From the NCBI GenBank assembly GCA_024639455.1, contig JAHEIH010000006.1:172411-236410 (forward strand): DNA of 64,000 nucleotides. The letters run 5' to 3'. Every line of letters starts with the position of its first letter. Within the stretch, counting starts at the first letter, position 1. This document shows, piece after piece, positions 9,755 to 18,971 of the stretch. The notes below the pieces were generated by a model, which searched no databases, was not told the origin of the DNA, and was given only the letters and a program-made list of their open reading frames with translations. A program made the translations under genes and the position numbers. The DNA is from Cellvibrionales bacterium (GTDB lineage Bacteria; Pseudomonadota; Gammaproteobacteria; Pseudomonadales; JAHEIH01).

Positions 9755-10119
9755 CCCAAGATGTGGAAACAGACTTTATTTCCATCGGGGTCGCGCACGT
9801 AGGCACCGTAAAACTGAGGCATACGCTCCCCTGGAGGGCCATCGCAAGTAGCGCCTAGCTGCAGTGCCATGTTGTGTAGCTCGTCGACTTGACCGCGACT
9901 CTCACAACGCAAAGCTAACATCGTGCCGTTACCCGGGTGGTTAGGTTGGCCGTCGAAAGGCGTACATACCGCAAACGTAGCTTCTGCCATACTCTTGCCA
10001 AAGAATTGAATACGTGGAAAACCAAACAATGTGGTACCGCCAAGTGCCTCCGCAATCGGGGTATAAAATGCCTTGGCCTTATCCATGTCGCTAACGCCGA
10101 TTGTGACGTATCCCAGCAT
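9751..10119 (-). CDS. VOC (glyoxalase/bleomycin-resistance/dioxygenase) family protein
   Basis: 122 aa with MLGYVTIGVSDMDKAKAFY at the start and GAYVRDPDGNKVCF near the end, which is a typical VOC-fold pattern. Confidence 0.75.
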   Translation of the reverse strand: MLGYVTIGVSDMDKAKAFYTPIAEALGGTTLFGFPRIQFFGKSMAEATFAVCTPFDGQPNHPGNGTMLALRCESRGQVDELHNMALQLGATCDGPPGERMPQFYGAYVRDPDGNKVCFHILG

Positions 10120-10128
10120 GTGAATCTC

Positions 10129-10584
10129 CTATTTTTTCATTGAATTGACGAGGGCTTCGGCGCGCTTGATCCTAATCGCCTCCGCCTCTTCTTTGGTTAC
10201 CACGGTTTTACCAATCGGCATGAGGGCCATTACCGCCAGTTTGACGTGTTGGATAGCGAAGGGAATGCCAATAATAGTTATCAGCAGGAGAAGTGCCGAG
10301 GTGAGATGGGCAATGGCCAGCCATATGCCCGCCAAAAAGAGCCAAATAATATTGCCGATCAGACCCAGTGCGCCGGTGCCAATATCGTCTTCCCCGGTTA
10401 ACTCCTTGCGGTCGATGGCTTCGCGGCCGAACGGCCAAAACATGAATTTACCGAAGACAAAGCAGGCCTTTCCCCAGGGAATGCCGATAATGGTGATATA
10501 GGCGATCAGCCCATAAAACCACCAGAGGAGCCCCATGATGACTCCCCCTAACAAAAACCAAATGATATTGCCGAGAAGTCTCAT
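10129..10584 (-). CDS. yccF: YccF domain-containing inner membrane protein
   Basis: 151 aa with a duplicated YccF motif (IIGIPWGKACF and IIGIPFAIQHVKLA), similar to E. coli YccF. Confidence 0.8.
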   Translation of the reverse strand: MRLLGNIIWFLLGGVIMGLLWWFYGLIAYITIIGIPWGKACFVFGKFMFWPFGREAIDRKELTGEDDIGTGALGLIGNIIWLFLAGIWLAIAHLTSALLLLITIIGIPFAIQHVKLAVMALMPIGKTVVTKEEAEAIRIKRAEALVNSMKK

Positions 10585-10596
10585 GGGCAGTATTCC

Positions 10597-11814
10597 TTAT
10601 GCTTGTTTATAGGTACTTAAGAATCGTTCAAGCGAAGAAATAGCGCGTTCAAGATCGTCTACGCGGGGTAGGAATACCAGGCGGAAGTGATCTGGGGTTT
10701 TTAAATTGAACCCGGTGCCATGCACTAACAACACTTTTTCTTGCCTTAAGAAATCTAGGACAAATTGTTCATCGTTGCTAATATTAAATCGTTTGGCGTC
10801 CAATTTAGGGAACATATATATCGCGCCCTTAGGTTTAACGCAACTTACCCCCGGAATGGCATTGAGCATTTCATGGGCGAGGTCGCGTTGGGCTCCCATA
10901 CGACCGGTAGGTAATACGAGGTCGTTAATGCTCTGATAGCCACCGAGCGCCGTCTGAATGGCCCACATCGTGGGCACATTGGCGCACAGGCGCATAGAAC
11001 TGAGCATATCTAGGCCCTGGATGAAGTCTTTGGCGCGGTATTTGGGGCCGCTAACAATCATCCAACCAGAGCGGAAACCTGCCGCGCGGTATGACTTAGA
11101 CAAACCATTCATGGTCAGGGTGAGCACGTCTTCAGACAGCGAGCCCAATGGAATGTGCTTAACGCCGTCGTAGAGAATTTTGTCGTAAATTTCGTCGGCC
11201 AAGATAATCAGGTTGTGTTCGCGCGCTAAATCGACAATCGCCTGCAGCGTTTCACGGGGGTACACTGCGCCAGTAGGATTGTTAGGGTTAATCACCACAA
11301 TGGCCTTGGTGTGGGTGGTAATCTTCGACTTGATGTCGTCGATATCGGGCGCCCATTCGTCTTGCTCGTCGCACACGTAGTGCACAGCAGAGCCGCTGGA
11401 CAAGGTCACCGCGGCGGTCCACAACGGGTAGTCAGGGGAGGGCACAAGGACTTCGTCACCGCTATTAAGCAGTGCCTGCATGGCCATCACGATGAGCTCG
11501 CTGACACCGTTGCCAATGTAGATATCACCAATATCTACATTGCGAATACCGGTTTTTTGGCATTCCTGCATAATCGCCTTGCGCGCAGAAAATAGACCTT
11601 TGGATTCAATGTACCCCTGCGAGTTTGGCAAGTTGTAAATCACATCTTGGATAAGCTCTTCAGGGGCGTCAAAACCAAACGGCGCGGGGTTGCCAATGTT
11701 CAGTTTCATTACGCGCATGCCATCTTCTTCCATGCGAGTAGCTTCGTCTAGAACGGGGCCACGGATGTCGTAGCACACCTTGTCCAATTTATTCGATTTT
11801 TTGTAGAGGTTCAT
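10597..11814 (-). CDS. alaA: glutamate-pyruvate (alanine) aminotransferase
   Basis: Collinear with E. coli AlaA from MNLYKKSNKLDKVCYDIRGPV onward (NIGNPAPFGFDAP, NPNNPTGAVY, the SKSYRAAGFR PLP lysine region). I place the start at the internal ATG 11812-11814 rather than at the longest ORF start 11904. Confidence 0.9.
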   Translation of the reverse strand: MNLYKKSNKLDKVCYDIRGPVLDEATRMEEDGMRVMKLNIGNPAPFGFDAPEELIQDVIYNLPNSQGYIESKGLFSARKAIMQECQKTGIRNVDIGDIYIGNGVSELIVMAMQALLNSGDEVLVPSPDYPLWTAAVTLSSGSAVHYVCDEQDEWAPDIDDIKSKITTHTKAIVVINPNNPTGAVYPRETLQAIVDLAREHNLIILADEIYDKILYDGVKHIPLGSLSEDVLTLTMNGLSKSYRAAGFRSGWMIVSGPKYRAKDFIQGLDMLSSMRLCANVPTMWAIQTALGGYQSINDLVLPTGRMGAQRDLAHEMLNAIPGVSCVKPKGAIYMFPKLDAKRFNISNDEQFVLDFLRQEKVLLVHGTGFNLKTPDHFRLVFLPRVDDLERAISSLERFLSTYKQA

Positions 11815-11944
11815 ACTTGTCCTGACGGTGCTTTTACGCCACCGTGCGAAACGCTGTTGTAGATGTTGATGCCTCAGGTAAACTTTCGTTTTTTGACTGA
11901 TCATCGATTTGGTCAGATTGTAGCGTTTTCAAAGGGTAATAGCG

Positions 11945-12346
11945 ATGGCTGATAGCAAAGTCTTAAAATCTGATGACGAGTGGCGGCAGCAGCTTAGCGA
12001 TGAAGAGTTTTACGTTTGCCGTCAACAGGGTACCGAACGTGCTTTTAGCGGTATTTACTGGGACGAAAAGCGGCTCGGAGAATACCGCTGCAAGTGTTGT
12101 GATGAGCCCTTGTTTAACAGCGATGGCAAGTACGATTCTGGCTGCGGTTGGCCAAGTTTTTATCAGTCGCTTGATCCGACAAAAATTACCGAGCTACGAG
12201 ATACGACTCACGGTATGATTCGCACCGAAATTCGCTGTGCCCGCTGCGATTGCCATCTCGGCCATGTTTTCCCAGATGGGCCGGCCCCAACTGGCATTCG
12301 CTACTGCGTTAATTCAGCATCAATTACCCTCTATCCCGAGGAATAA
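11945..12346 (+). CDS. msrB: peptide-methionine (R)-S-oxide reductase
   Basis: 133 aa with two CxxC zinc pairs (CKCC, CARC) and the catalytic RYCVNS motif. Confidence 0.92.
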   Translation: MADSKVLKSDDEWRQQLSDEEFYVCRQQGTERAFSGIYWDEKRLGEYRCKCCDEPLFNSDGKYDSGCGWPSFYQSLDPTKITELRDTTHGMIRTEIRCARCDCHLGHVFPDGPAPTGIRYCVNSASITLYPEE

Positions 12347-12356
12347 GGAGAAACCC

Positions 12357-13751
12357 GTGACAGCTACTCGCGTTGTTGATGTCATTAATGAACAGGTCTC
12401 GGTCGGTAGCGAAGTGCTGCTACAGGGCTGGGTTCGAACCCGCCGTACCTCTAAAGCCGGCATTTCATTCATCGAGCTAAACGATGGCTCTAGCCTTGCT
12501 GGTGTGCAAATTGTGGTACCCGATGATGCCCCCAATTACGAAGCTGAGGTTACCCGATTGTCCGCCGGTTGTGCCATCGAGGTGCGCGGTACGGTTGTCT
12601 CGTCTGAGGGGCAAGGGCAAGCCCTGGAGATTCAAAGCCGCGACGTTGTTGTGCATGGCTGGGTAGACGATCCAGAAACGTACCCGATTGCCAAAAAGCG
12701 CCACACCTTCGAGCACTTGCGCACGGTGGCACATTTGCGCCCTCGAACCAATGCGATAGGCGCGGTAACACGTTTGCGCAACACCGTTGCCAATGCCATT
12801 CACAACTATTTTTACAGCAACGGTTTTTGTTGGATAAATACCCCGTTGATCACCTCGAGCGACTGCGAAGGTGCCGGTGAAATGTTCCGCGTGTCCTCAC
12901 TGGATTTAGCCAATTTACCTCGCGATGACAAGGGCGGTATTGATTTCAAGCAGGACTTTTTTGGCGCAGAAAGTTTCCTTACAGTGTCTGGTCAGCTCAA
13001 TTTGGAAGCGTATTGCTTGGCGATGTCGAAGGTCTATACCTTTGGGCCTACCTTCCGGGCGGAAAACTCACATACCTCACGGCACTTGGCCGAGTTCTGG
13101 ATGGTCGAACCTGAGGTTGCCTTTGCCGATTTACAAGCGAATGCTGAGTTGGCGCAGGACTTTATCCAGCATATTTTGCGCGCTGTCATGAAAGACTGCG
13201 CCGACGATATGGCCTTCTTCAACCAACGCGTTGACGATCAAGCCATTGCTCGTATTGAAAACGTCATGAATACACCCTTTGTACACATGGATTACACCGA
13301 TGCCATCGATATTTTGCTGAAGTGTGGCAAGTCGTTCGAATACCCGGTTAAGTGGGGGATTGACCTCCAGTCGGAGCACGAGCGCTTTATCGCTGAGGAG
13401 TACGTTAAAGGTCCGGTGGTCGTGAAAAACTATCCCAAGGAGATCAAAGCCTTTTACATGCGTCTCAACGACGACGAGAAAACGGTGGCGGCAATGGATG
13501 TGCTTGCGCCAGGTATTGGCGAAATCATTGGTGGTAGTCAACGCGAGGAGCGACTTGATGTGCTCGATAGTCGCATAGACGCGCATATGCGGGAGGAGTT
13601 GTGGTGGTATCGTGATCTACGCCGTTACGGCACAGTTCCGCACGCTGGGTTTGGCATGGGCTTCGAGCGCATCCTCAACTATATCAGTGGCATGGAAAAC
13701 ATTCGCGATGTCATCCCTTATCCTCGCGTTCCCCAAAGCCTAAACTTCTAA
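12357..13751 (+). CDS. asnS: asparagine--tRNA ligase
   Basis: A GTG at 12357 follows an AAGGAG Shine-Dalgarno, giving 464 aa. Class II motifs are present ([37 protein letters not shown]), and the C-terminus [12 protein letters not shown] resembles the E. coli AsnS end. The ORF-track start 12237 lies inside msrB. Confidence 0.92.
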   Translation: MTATRVVDVINEQVSVGSEVLLQGWVRTRRTSKAGISFIELNDGSSLAGVQIVVPDDAPNYEAEVTRLSAGCAIEVRGTVVSSEGQGQALEIQSRDVVVHGWVDDPETYPIAKKRHTFEHLRTVAHLRPRTNAIGAVTRLRNTVANAIHNYFYSNGFCWINTPLITSSDCEGAGEMFRVSSLDLANLPRDDKGGIDFKQDFFGAESFLTVSGQLNLEAYCLAMSKVYTFGPTFRAENSHTSRHLAEFWMVEPEVAFADLQANAELAQDFIQHILRAVMKDCADDMAFFNQRVDDQAIARIENVMNTPFVHMDYTDAIDILLKCGKSFEYPVKWGIDLQSEHERFIAEEYVKGPVVVKNYPKEIKAFYMRLNDDEKTVAAMDVLAPGIGEIIGGSQREERLDVLDSRIDAHMREELWWYRDLRRYGTVPHAGFGMGFERILNYISGMENIRDVIPYPRVPQSLNF

Positions 13752-14476
13752 GGTAGGTCTCTGGTCACGCGCTCGGCGTAGACGTCGTGGTCGACGAAAC
13801 TCGCTGAACCGGCGTTATCCCCTTGTGAGATAACGCCAACCAATTTCCCCTCTTGCAATACTGCCCCCCCCGACGCCCCCTTAAATGCCCAGCAGTCGAC
13901 GCTGTATTGGTTCGCGTCTATGGGTGATGCGCTGGGTCTGCAATCCTCTTGGTAGGTCAAAACAGCACCGTCTTGGCCTAAACCCTTGTCACCACTAAAT
14001 CCCGCCACTATCACCGCACCCGCATTGTAGGGCGCCGTGGCGATAGCGACGATATCTATGGGGAGCGAGGTCTCAGTAATGAGTAGTGCCCAATCCTCGG
14101 CCATAGAGCCACCGTGGGTAATGATATTGGCATCGCGTTCATGCCATTGCCCATGTGTATCGGGCACCCGAAATACAATGCGTTTACCTAGGTCGTTGTA
14201 GTGTTCAATACAGTGCCATGCGCTCAATAGCCAACGTCGTTGATTGTAGCGATCTTCTATAACCGTGGCCGAGCAGTCCTCAATATAATGCTGCTTTTCA
14301 CCATTTTCATAGCGTGTTGAGGGAATTGAAAGCTTGCCAATGGCCAGAAGAGCCTGCGGCGAATCAGTACTTATGATGCGCCGATCGTCGGCCCAGGATT
14401 GGCCGAAAAAGAAAAAAAATAAAATGGCCAAAAACAGACGGTGGAGTATTTTTACTAGCTGTTCACAACAAGACAT
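13748..14476 (-). CDS. secreted trypsin-like (S1 family) serine peptidase
   Basis: 242 aa with a hydrophobic signal region containing FFFFF. Catalytic triad contexts are LSAWHC (His), EDWALL (Asp) and KGASGGAV (Ser). Confidence 0.7.
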   Translation of the reverse strand: MSCCEQLVKILHRLFLAILFFFFFGQSWADDRRIISTDSPQALLAIGKLSIPSTRYENGEKQHYIEDCSATVIEDRYNQRRWLLSAWHCIEHYNDLGKRIVFRVPDTHGQWHERDANIITHGGSMAEDWALLITETSLPIDIVAIATAPYNAGAVIVAGFSGDKGLGQDGAVLTYQEDCRPSASPIDANQYSVDCWAFKGASGGAVLQEGKLVGVISQGDNAGSASFVDHDVYAERVTRDLP

Positions 14477-14501
14477 GCCTATACTTTGAATTAGTCGCTG
14501 A

Positions 14502-14531
14502 TTATTTGCAATGTAAAGTTTTTATTTGCAA
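14502..14531. repeat. two exact copies of TTATTTGCAA spaced 20 bp apart, with a third partial TTATTTA copy near 14541
   Basis: Read directly: 14502-14511 and 14522-14531 are identical. They lie in the AT-rich divergent intergenic region between the S1 peptidase and the GDPD gene. Confidence 0.5.
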
Positions 14532-14601
14532 GTATATCAGTTATTTATTTATTGTATTTAATGTGGATTTCCTGAAAATGTGGTCACTCACACGGGGTAA
14601 A

Positions 14602-15282
14602 ATGCGCGCCATTGGCCACCGCGGTTGCCGAGGGCCGCACCAAGAAAACTCGCTGCAAGCCATTCAGTGGGCGTTCGATAATGGTGCTTGGGCGGTGGAG
14701 GTGGACGTTTGGCTTATCGAAGGTGAGCTTGCACTCATTCATGATCGGCGCGCACAGGCGTATCTTGGAGCCACCGGCTTTGTAAAAAATGTACCCATTG
14801 CAAAGCTACGCGACGTCATGGAAGTCCCAACCCTCTCCGATGCTCTCCATTTTATCCCACCCGACAAAGCTATTAATGTTGAAATCAAGGATCCTGATGC
14901 GCTGGAAGGCTGTTTGAATCTTGTTAAGCGATACGTTGAGCTAGGTCATATACGCTGGGAACAAGTGCTTTTTTCAAGCTTTGACCACCGTATTCTGGCC
15001 GATATTAAACAACGCAACGATCTCGCCCAAATTGCCCCTTTGTTCGGTGATATTCCGATGCAAATCTATGGCTATGCCAGCCGGCTCGGTGCGGTAGCCA
15101 TTAACATGGACGTGAATTGCTTGGATAGGGAAACTGTCGAGCAAGCCCATGCTCACGGTCTAGCGGTTTACGTTTACACGGTGGATTGTGCGATCGATGT
15201 CGATATGTTGACAGGCTGGGAGGTAGATGGGGTTTTTGTCGATGATGTCGCGTGGTATATGGGGTATCGCCACGAAGAATAG
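14602..15282 (+). CDS. glycerophosphodiester phosphodiesterase family protein
   Basis: The GDPD N-terminal motif is MRAIGHRG with the downstream E.D pattern (VEVDVW). The start is uncertain: in-frame alternatives exist at 14578 and 14506. Confidence 0.7.
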   Translation: MRAIGHRGCRGPHQENSLQAIQWAFDNGAWAVEVDVWLIEGELALIHDRRAQAYLGATGFVKNVPIAKLRDVMEVPTLSDALHFIPPDKAINVEIKDPDALEGCLNLVKRYVELGHIRWEQVLFSSFDHRILADIKQRNDLAQIAPLFGDIPMQIYGYASRLGAVAINMDVNCLDRETVEQAHAHGLAVYVYTVDCAIDVDMLTGWEVDGVFVDDVAWYMGYRHEE

Positions 15283-15287
15283 GAATA

Positions 15288-15307
15288 CTGGGGGCGGTTG
15301 CCCCCAG
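15288..15307. terminator. GC-rich hairpin between the convergent GDPD and mdh genes; possible terminator
   Basis: CTGGGGGC-GGTT-GCCCCCAG is a perfect 8-bp stem. There is no clear U-run on either side, so confidence is low. Confidence 0.3.
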
Positions 15308-15316
15308 TGGCATACC

Positions 15317-16297
15317 TTATGGCAGCAAGTGTTGAACGGCGTCGCGCTCTTCACTCAGTTCTTGCTCAGTTGCTGTCATCTTATCGCGGCTGAACTCATT
15401 GATAGGTAGGTCTTGAACAATCACCCACTCACCATTGCAGCAACGGCAAGGGAATGAGTAGATCAGGCCTTCGGCAATGCCGTAGCTACCGTCTGAGTAA
15501 ACACCCATAGAAACCCAGTCATCGCCTTTGGTGCCCAATGCCCAGCTACGCATGTGATCAATCGCAGCGTTAGCCGCAGAAGCCGCTGATGACGCACCAC
15601 GTGCCTTGATGATAGCCGCACCACGCTGTTGCACGGTAGGGATGAAATCGTTTTCGTACCATGCTTGGTCAACCAGGTCAGTTGCTGTTTGGCCAGACAC
15701 TTTAGCATTGTACAGATCGGGGTATTGAGTCGCCGAGTGGTTGCCCCAAATCGTCATGTTGGTCACATCGTTAACAGTTTTGCCAGTTTTCTGTGCCAAC
15801 TGAGTCATGGCGCGGTTGTGATCCAGACGCGTCATAGCCGTGAAGTTGCGTGGGTCGATAGCGGGCGCGTTGCGCTGTGCGATCAGGGCGTTGGTGTTGG
15901 CGGGGTTGCCGACAACCAACACTTTAATATCTTTGCTAGCGTTGTCGTTGATCGCCTTGCCTTGTACCGAAAAAATGGCGGCATTAGCTTCCAGCAGGTC
16001 TTTACGCTCCATACCCGGGCCACGAGGACGAGCACCAACCAACAGGGCATAGTCGCTGTCTTTGAAAGCAACATTAGGATCGTCAGTGCAAATCACGTCT
16101 GCCAGCAGGGGAAATGCACAATCGTCGAGTTCCATCTTAACGCCTTGCAGTGCGTCCATGGCTGGGGTGATATCCAGCAGTTGCAGAATGACGGGTTGGT
16201 CGTCGCCAAGCATAGCGCCTGAGGCGATTCTGAAGAGGAGGGCATAGCCGATCTGGCCTGCTGCACCGGTAACGGTAACGCGTGCTGGTTGCTTCAT
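15317..16297 (-). CDS. mdh: malate dehydrogenase (roughly 326-aa class)
   Basis: It starts [27 protein letters not shown], with [11 protein letters not shown] and the catalytic WGNHS. An AAGGAA Shine-Dalgarno precedes the ATG at 16295-16297. The longest ORF extends to 16366. Confidence 0.92.
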   Translation of the reverse strand: MKQPARVTVTGAAGQIGYALLFRIASGAMLGDDQPVILQLLDITPAMDALQGVKMELDDCAFPLLADVICTDDPNVAFKDSDYALLVGARPRGPGMERKDLLEANAAIFSVQGKAINDNASKDIKVLVVGNPANTNALIAQRNAPAIDPRNFTAMTRLDHNRAMTQLAQKTGKTVNDVTNMTIWGNHSATQYPDLYNAKVSGQTATDLVDQAWYENDFIPTVQQRGAAIIKARGASSAASAANAAIDHMRSWALGTKGDDWVSMGVYSDGSYGIAEGLIYSFPCRCCNGEWVIVQDLPINEFSRDKMTATEQELSEERDAVQHLLP

Positions 16298-16524
16298 TGT
16301 AACGTTCCTTAGCTGTTCGTTAATGTGGTGGTCACCACGGAAGGCCAGCATTTTAGCGTTAGCCATAGCGAAATGCCATCTAACTATGGGTTTTGTGAGT
16401 CATATTAGCTGGCACCTGGCGTGTTAAGGTAGGGAAAGATTTTGTTCAGTAGCGGTCTTTATGGGTGCATCTACAGGCTAATTCCCTTAAAATACGCGCC
16501 CTTTGAACCATCTTTTGAATTGTC

Positions 16525-17433
16525 ATGAGCGATACACCCTTGTTTGTCGATGCCGCCGAGAGCGGTCCAGACACTGTAGCCACTGTAGCTAATGCGACTG
16601 CCGTAGGCAAAACCGCCTTCAATAAACTGCAAAAGCGTCTTCGCCGAATGGTAGGAAGTGCCATCGAAGACTACAACATGATTGAAGAGGGCGACCGTGT
16701 GATGGTTTGCCTTTCCGGTGGTAAAGACTCTTACACCATGCTGGAGATTCTGATGAATCTTCAGCAAAGCGCGCCGGTGAAGTTCGAACTAGTAGCCGTT
16801 AATCTAGACCAAAAACAACCCGGTTTTCCCGAGCATGTGTTGCCCGAATACTTAAGTGGGCTTGGCATTCCTTATCACATTTTAGAGCGCGACACCTACA
16901 GCATCGTGAAAGAGGTTGTGCCCGAGGGGAAAACCACCTGCGGACTTTGTTCACGTTTGCGCCGCGGCTCGTTGTATGGGTTTGCGCAGCAGATTGGCGC
17001 GACTAAAATCGCCCTCGGTCACCATCGCGATGATATTATCGAGACCATGTTTCTAAACATGTTTTACGGCGGTAAGTTAAAGGCAATGCCTCCCAAACTG
17101 TTGAGCGATGACAAGCGCAATGTGTTGATTCGCCCATTGGCATATTGCAAAGAAACGGATATCGAAAAGTTCGCCAAGGCAAAAAATTTCCCGATCATTC
17201 CGTGCAATTTGTGCGGCTCACAAGAAAATTTACAGCGCCAAGCGATTAAAGGCATGTTGCGCGAATGGGATCGCACCCACCCCGGTCGTACCGAAAGCAT
17301 CTTTGGTGCCATCAAAAATGTGGCGCCCTCGCAGCTGGCGGATACGGCGTTGTTTAACTTTGTCGATTTAGAGCAGCAGCGTGCCGAGCCCGAAGCTCCG
17401 GATGAAAACCTATTAAAATTGATCAACTTGTGA
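16525..17433 (+). CDS. ttcA: tRNA 2-thiocytidine(32) synthetase
   Basis: 302 aa with the PP-loop SGGKDS and cysteine motifs CGLCSRLRR and CNLCGSQ. Confidence 0.9.
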   Translation: MSDTPLFVDAAESGPDTVATVANATAVGKTAFNKLQKRLRRMVGSAIEDYNMIEEGDRVMVCLSGGKDSYTMLEILMNLQQSAPVKFELVAVNLDQKQPGFPEHVLPEYLSGLGIPYHILERDTYSIVKEVVPEGKTTCGLCSRLRRGSLYGFAQQIGATKIALGHHRDDIIETMFLNMFYGGKLKAMPPKLLSDDKRNVLIRPLAYCKETDIEKFAKAKNFPIIPCNLCGSQENLQRQAIKGMLREWDRTHPGRTESIFGAIKNVAPSQLADTALFNFVDLEQQRAEPEAPDENLLKLINL

Positions 17434-17440
17434 GTTTTTC

Positions 17441-18454
17441 ATGTATTCACTGTTAAGAAGTTTGTTGTTTACACTGCCCACCGAGACCTCTCACAACGTA
17501 TCGTTGAAATCGCTCGACAGCTTAGAGCGCCTTGGCCTGATGGGTTTGATCAGCCACGATGTTGCCGATGATCCTCGCCAGGTATTGGGTTTGACCTTTC
17601 CCAACCCAGTGGGACTTGCCGCGGGCTTGGACAAAAACGGCGACCACATTGACGCCATGGCGGCACTGGGATTTGGTTTTATTGAAATCGGGACGGTCAC
17701 GCCTAGACCGCAACCCGGCAATCCAATGCCTCGTTTGTTCCGCCTGCCCAAGGCCAATGCCATTATCAACCGCATGGGCTTTAACAACAAAGGCATCGAT
17801 TATTTGATCGACCGTGTAAAGGAAGCTAATTACCGTGGTGTTCTGGGTATTAATATCGGCAAAAATTTTGATACCCCCGTCGAGCGTGCGGTGGATGATT
17901 ATCTGATTTGCATGCGCAAAGCTTATCCCCACGCGAGTTACATTACCGTAAACCTGTCGTCACCCAATACACCGGGTTTGCGCGATTTACAGTTTGGCGA
18001 ACCACTTAATCATTTGCTGGCCGCCTTGAAGGCCGAGCAGCAAGTGTTAGCGGATATGCACTCGGTATATGTGCCCGTCGTCGTTAAAATCGCTCCCGAC
18101 ATGATCGATGAAGACGTGGATACTGTCGCTAAAGCGCTGCTCGACAATGGTATTGATGGGGTTATTGCCACCAACACCACTATCGACAAGCGCGCTGTCG
18201 CGGACTTGCCGCACGGTGCTGAAATGGGCGGCTTGAGTGGCGCACCCGTGCGTGATAAGTCAACCAAAGTCGTGGCTCGTTTGGCCAAAGCCTTGCAGGG
18301 TCGCATGCCAATTATTGGCGTGGGAGGTATTGATTCAGGTGATGCTGCATTGGAAAAGCAACAAGCAGGAGCGGCATTGGTGCAGATTTATACTGGGTTT
18401 ATCTATCGTGGACCTGCCTTAGTGGCAGAATGCGCGAAAGCGCTGAAAAACTGA
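17441..18454 (+). CDS. pyrD: dihydroorotate dehydrogenase (quinone), class 2
   Basis: 337 aa with [52 protein letters not shown] and IGVGGI. Confidence 0.93.
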   Translation: MYSLLRSLLFTLPTETSHNVSLKSLDSLERLGLMGLISHDVADDPRQVLGLTFPNPVGLAAGLDKNGDHIDAMAALGFGFIEIGTVTPRPQPGNPMPRLFRLPKANAIINRMGFNNKGIDYLIDRVKEANYRGVLGINIGKNFDTPVERAVDDYLICMRKAYPHASYITVNLSSPNTPGLRDLQFGEPLNHLLAALKAEQQVLADMHSVYVPVVVKIAPDMIDEDVDTVAKALLDNGIDGVIATNTTIDKRAVADLPHGAEMGGLSGAPVRDKSTKVVARLAKALQGRMPIIGVGGIDSGDAALEKQQAGAALVQIYTGFIYRGPALVAECAKALKN

Positions 18455-18455
18455 T

Positions 18456-18500
18456 CGACCTAGGCCGGGTGCGCTAGGTCGGTTGCCCGTTTTTGACGGG
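18456..18500. terminator. two adjacent hairpins between the convergent pyrD and rmf genes; putative terminators
   Basis: CGACCTAG-N10-CTAGGTCG at 18456-18481 and CCCGT-TTTTG-ACGGG at 18486-18500. The U-tract context is imperfect. Confidence 0.3.
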
Positions 18501-18515
18501 ACTTGTAAGTCTTGC

Positions 18516-18707
18516 CTAGTGGTTGATTAAACCTGAGACACCGACGCCATCCCAGTGATCGCTGCGTCCTTCACGCCAACCACTAATCCATTGATTTCTG
18601 GCGTCGCCTCCAGCATGTGGACAGTTGGTTTTTGATTTGCCAGTGATACCGGCGCGGTAGCCTCGGTTGAAGCTGCGAACACTGATGTCTCTTTTTTGTT
18701 TTTTCAT
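18516..18707 (-). CDS. rmf: ribosome modulation factor
   Basis: 63 aa reading MKKQKRD..RSFNRGYRAGITGKSKTNCPH...RNQWISGWREGR, which is the Rmf family pattern. The pyrD/rmf/rlmL neighbourhood matches E. coli. Confidence 0.85.
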   Translation of the reverse strand: MKKQKRDISVRSFNRGYRAGITGKSKTNCPHAGGDARNQWISGWREGRSDHWDGVGVSGLINH

Positions 18708-18971
18708 AGACTTACCTCTAGCTTGATTGATGTCAGTGATAGATAACTATCCACTGAACCCCAGCTGGGGTAAGGTAAGTTCAACAAGACTTGGCTAAAA
18801 AGTGAACTACAAATGCGGTCTAAAAAAGAGATTTTTTATATCTTTAGATTCTTAAAAGCCGCAAGTTCTGAAAAATCTGATACTTACGTTACGCTATAAT
18901 CGCGTTTTAATCAGGTTTTGGAATATAAATTTAATGGTTGGGTTGGAAACGATCTAAGCCGAGGAGCGAGA

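Noticed and set aside
12237-12356. The upstream extension of the asnS ORF overlapping msrB.
   Set aside because: The GTG at 12357 follows a consensus Shine-Dalgarno and yields an AsnS of normal length. The extension is in an alternative frame of msrB.
15629-16222. Long antisense ORFs opposite well-supported genes: 197 aa opposite mdh, 13131-13586 opposite asnS, 30850-31326 opposite the USP gene, 43468-43887 opposite metH, and 50675-51115 opposite the addB/addA junction.
   Set aside because: They lie entirely within genes with strong homology-type evidence on the other strand, have no Shine-Dalgarno or recognisable motifs, and have low-complexity, Arg/Ser/Ala-biased compositions typical of shadow frames.
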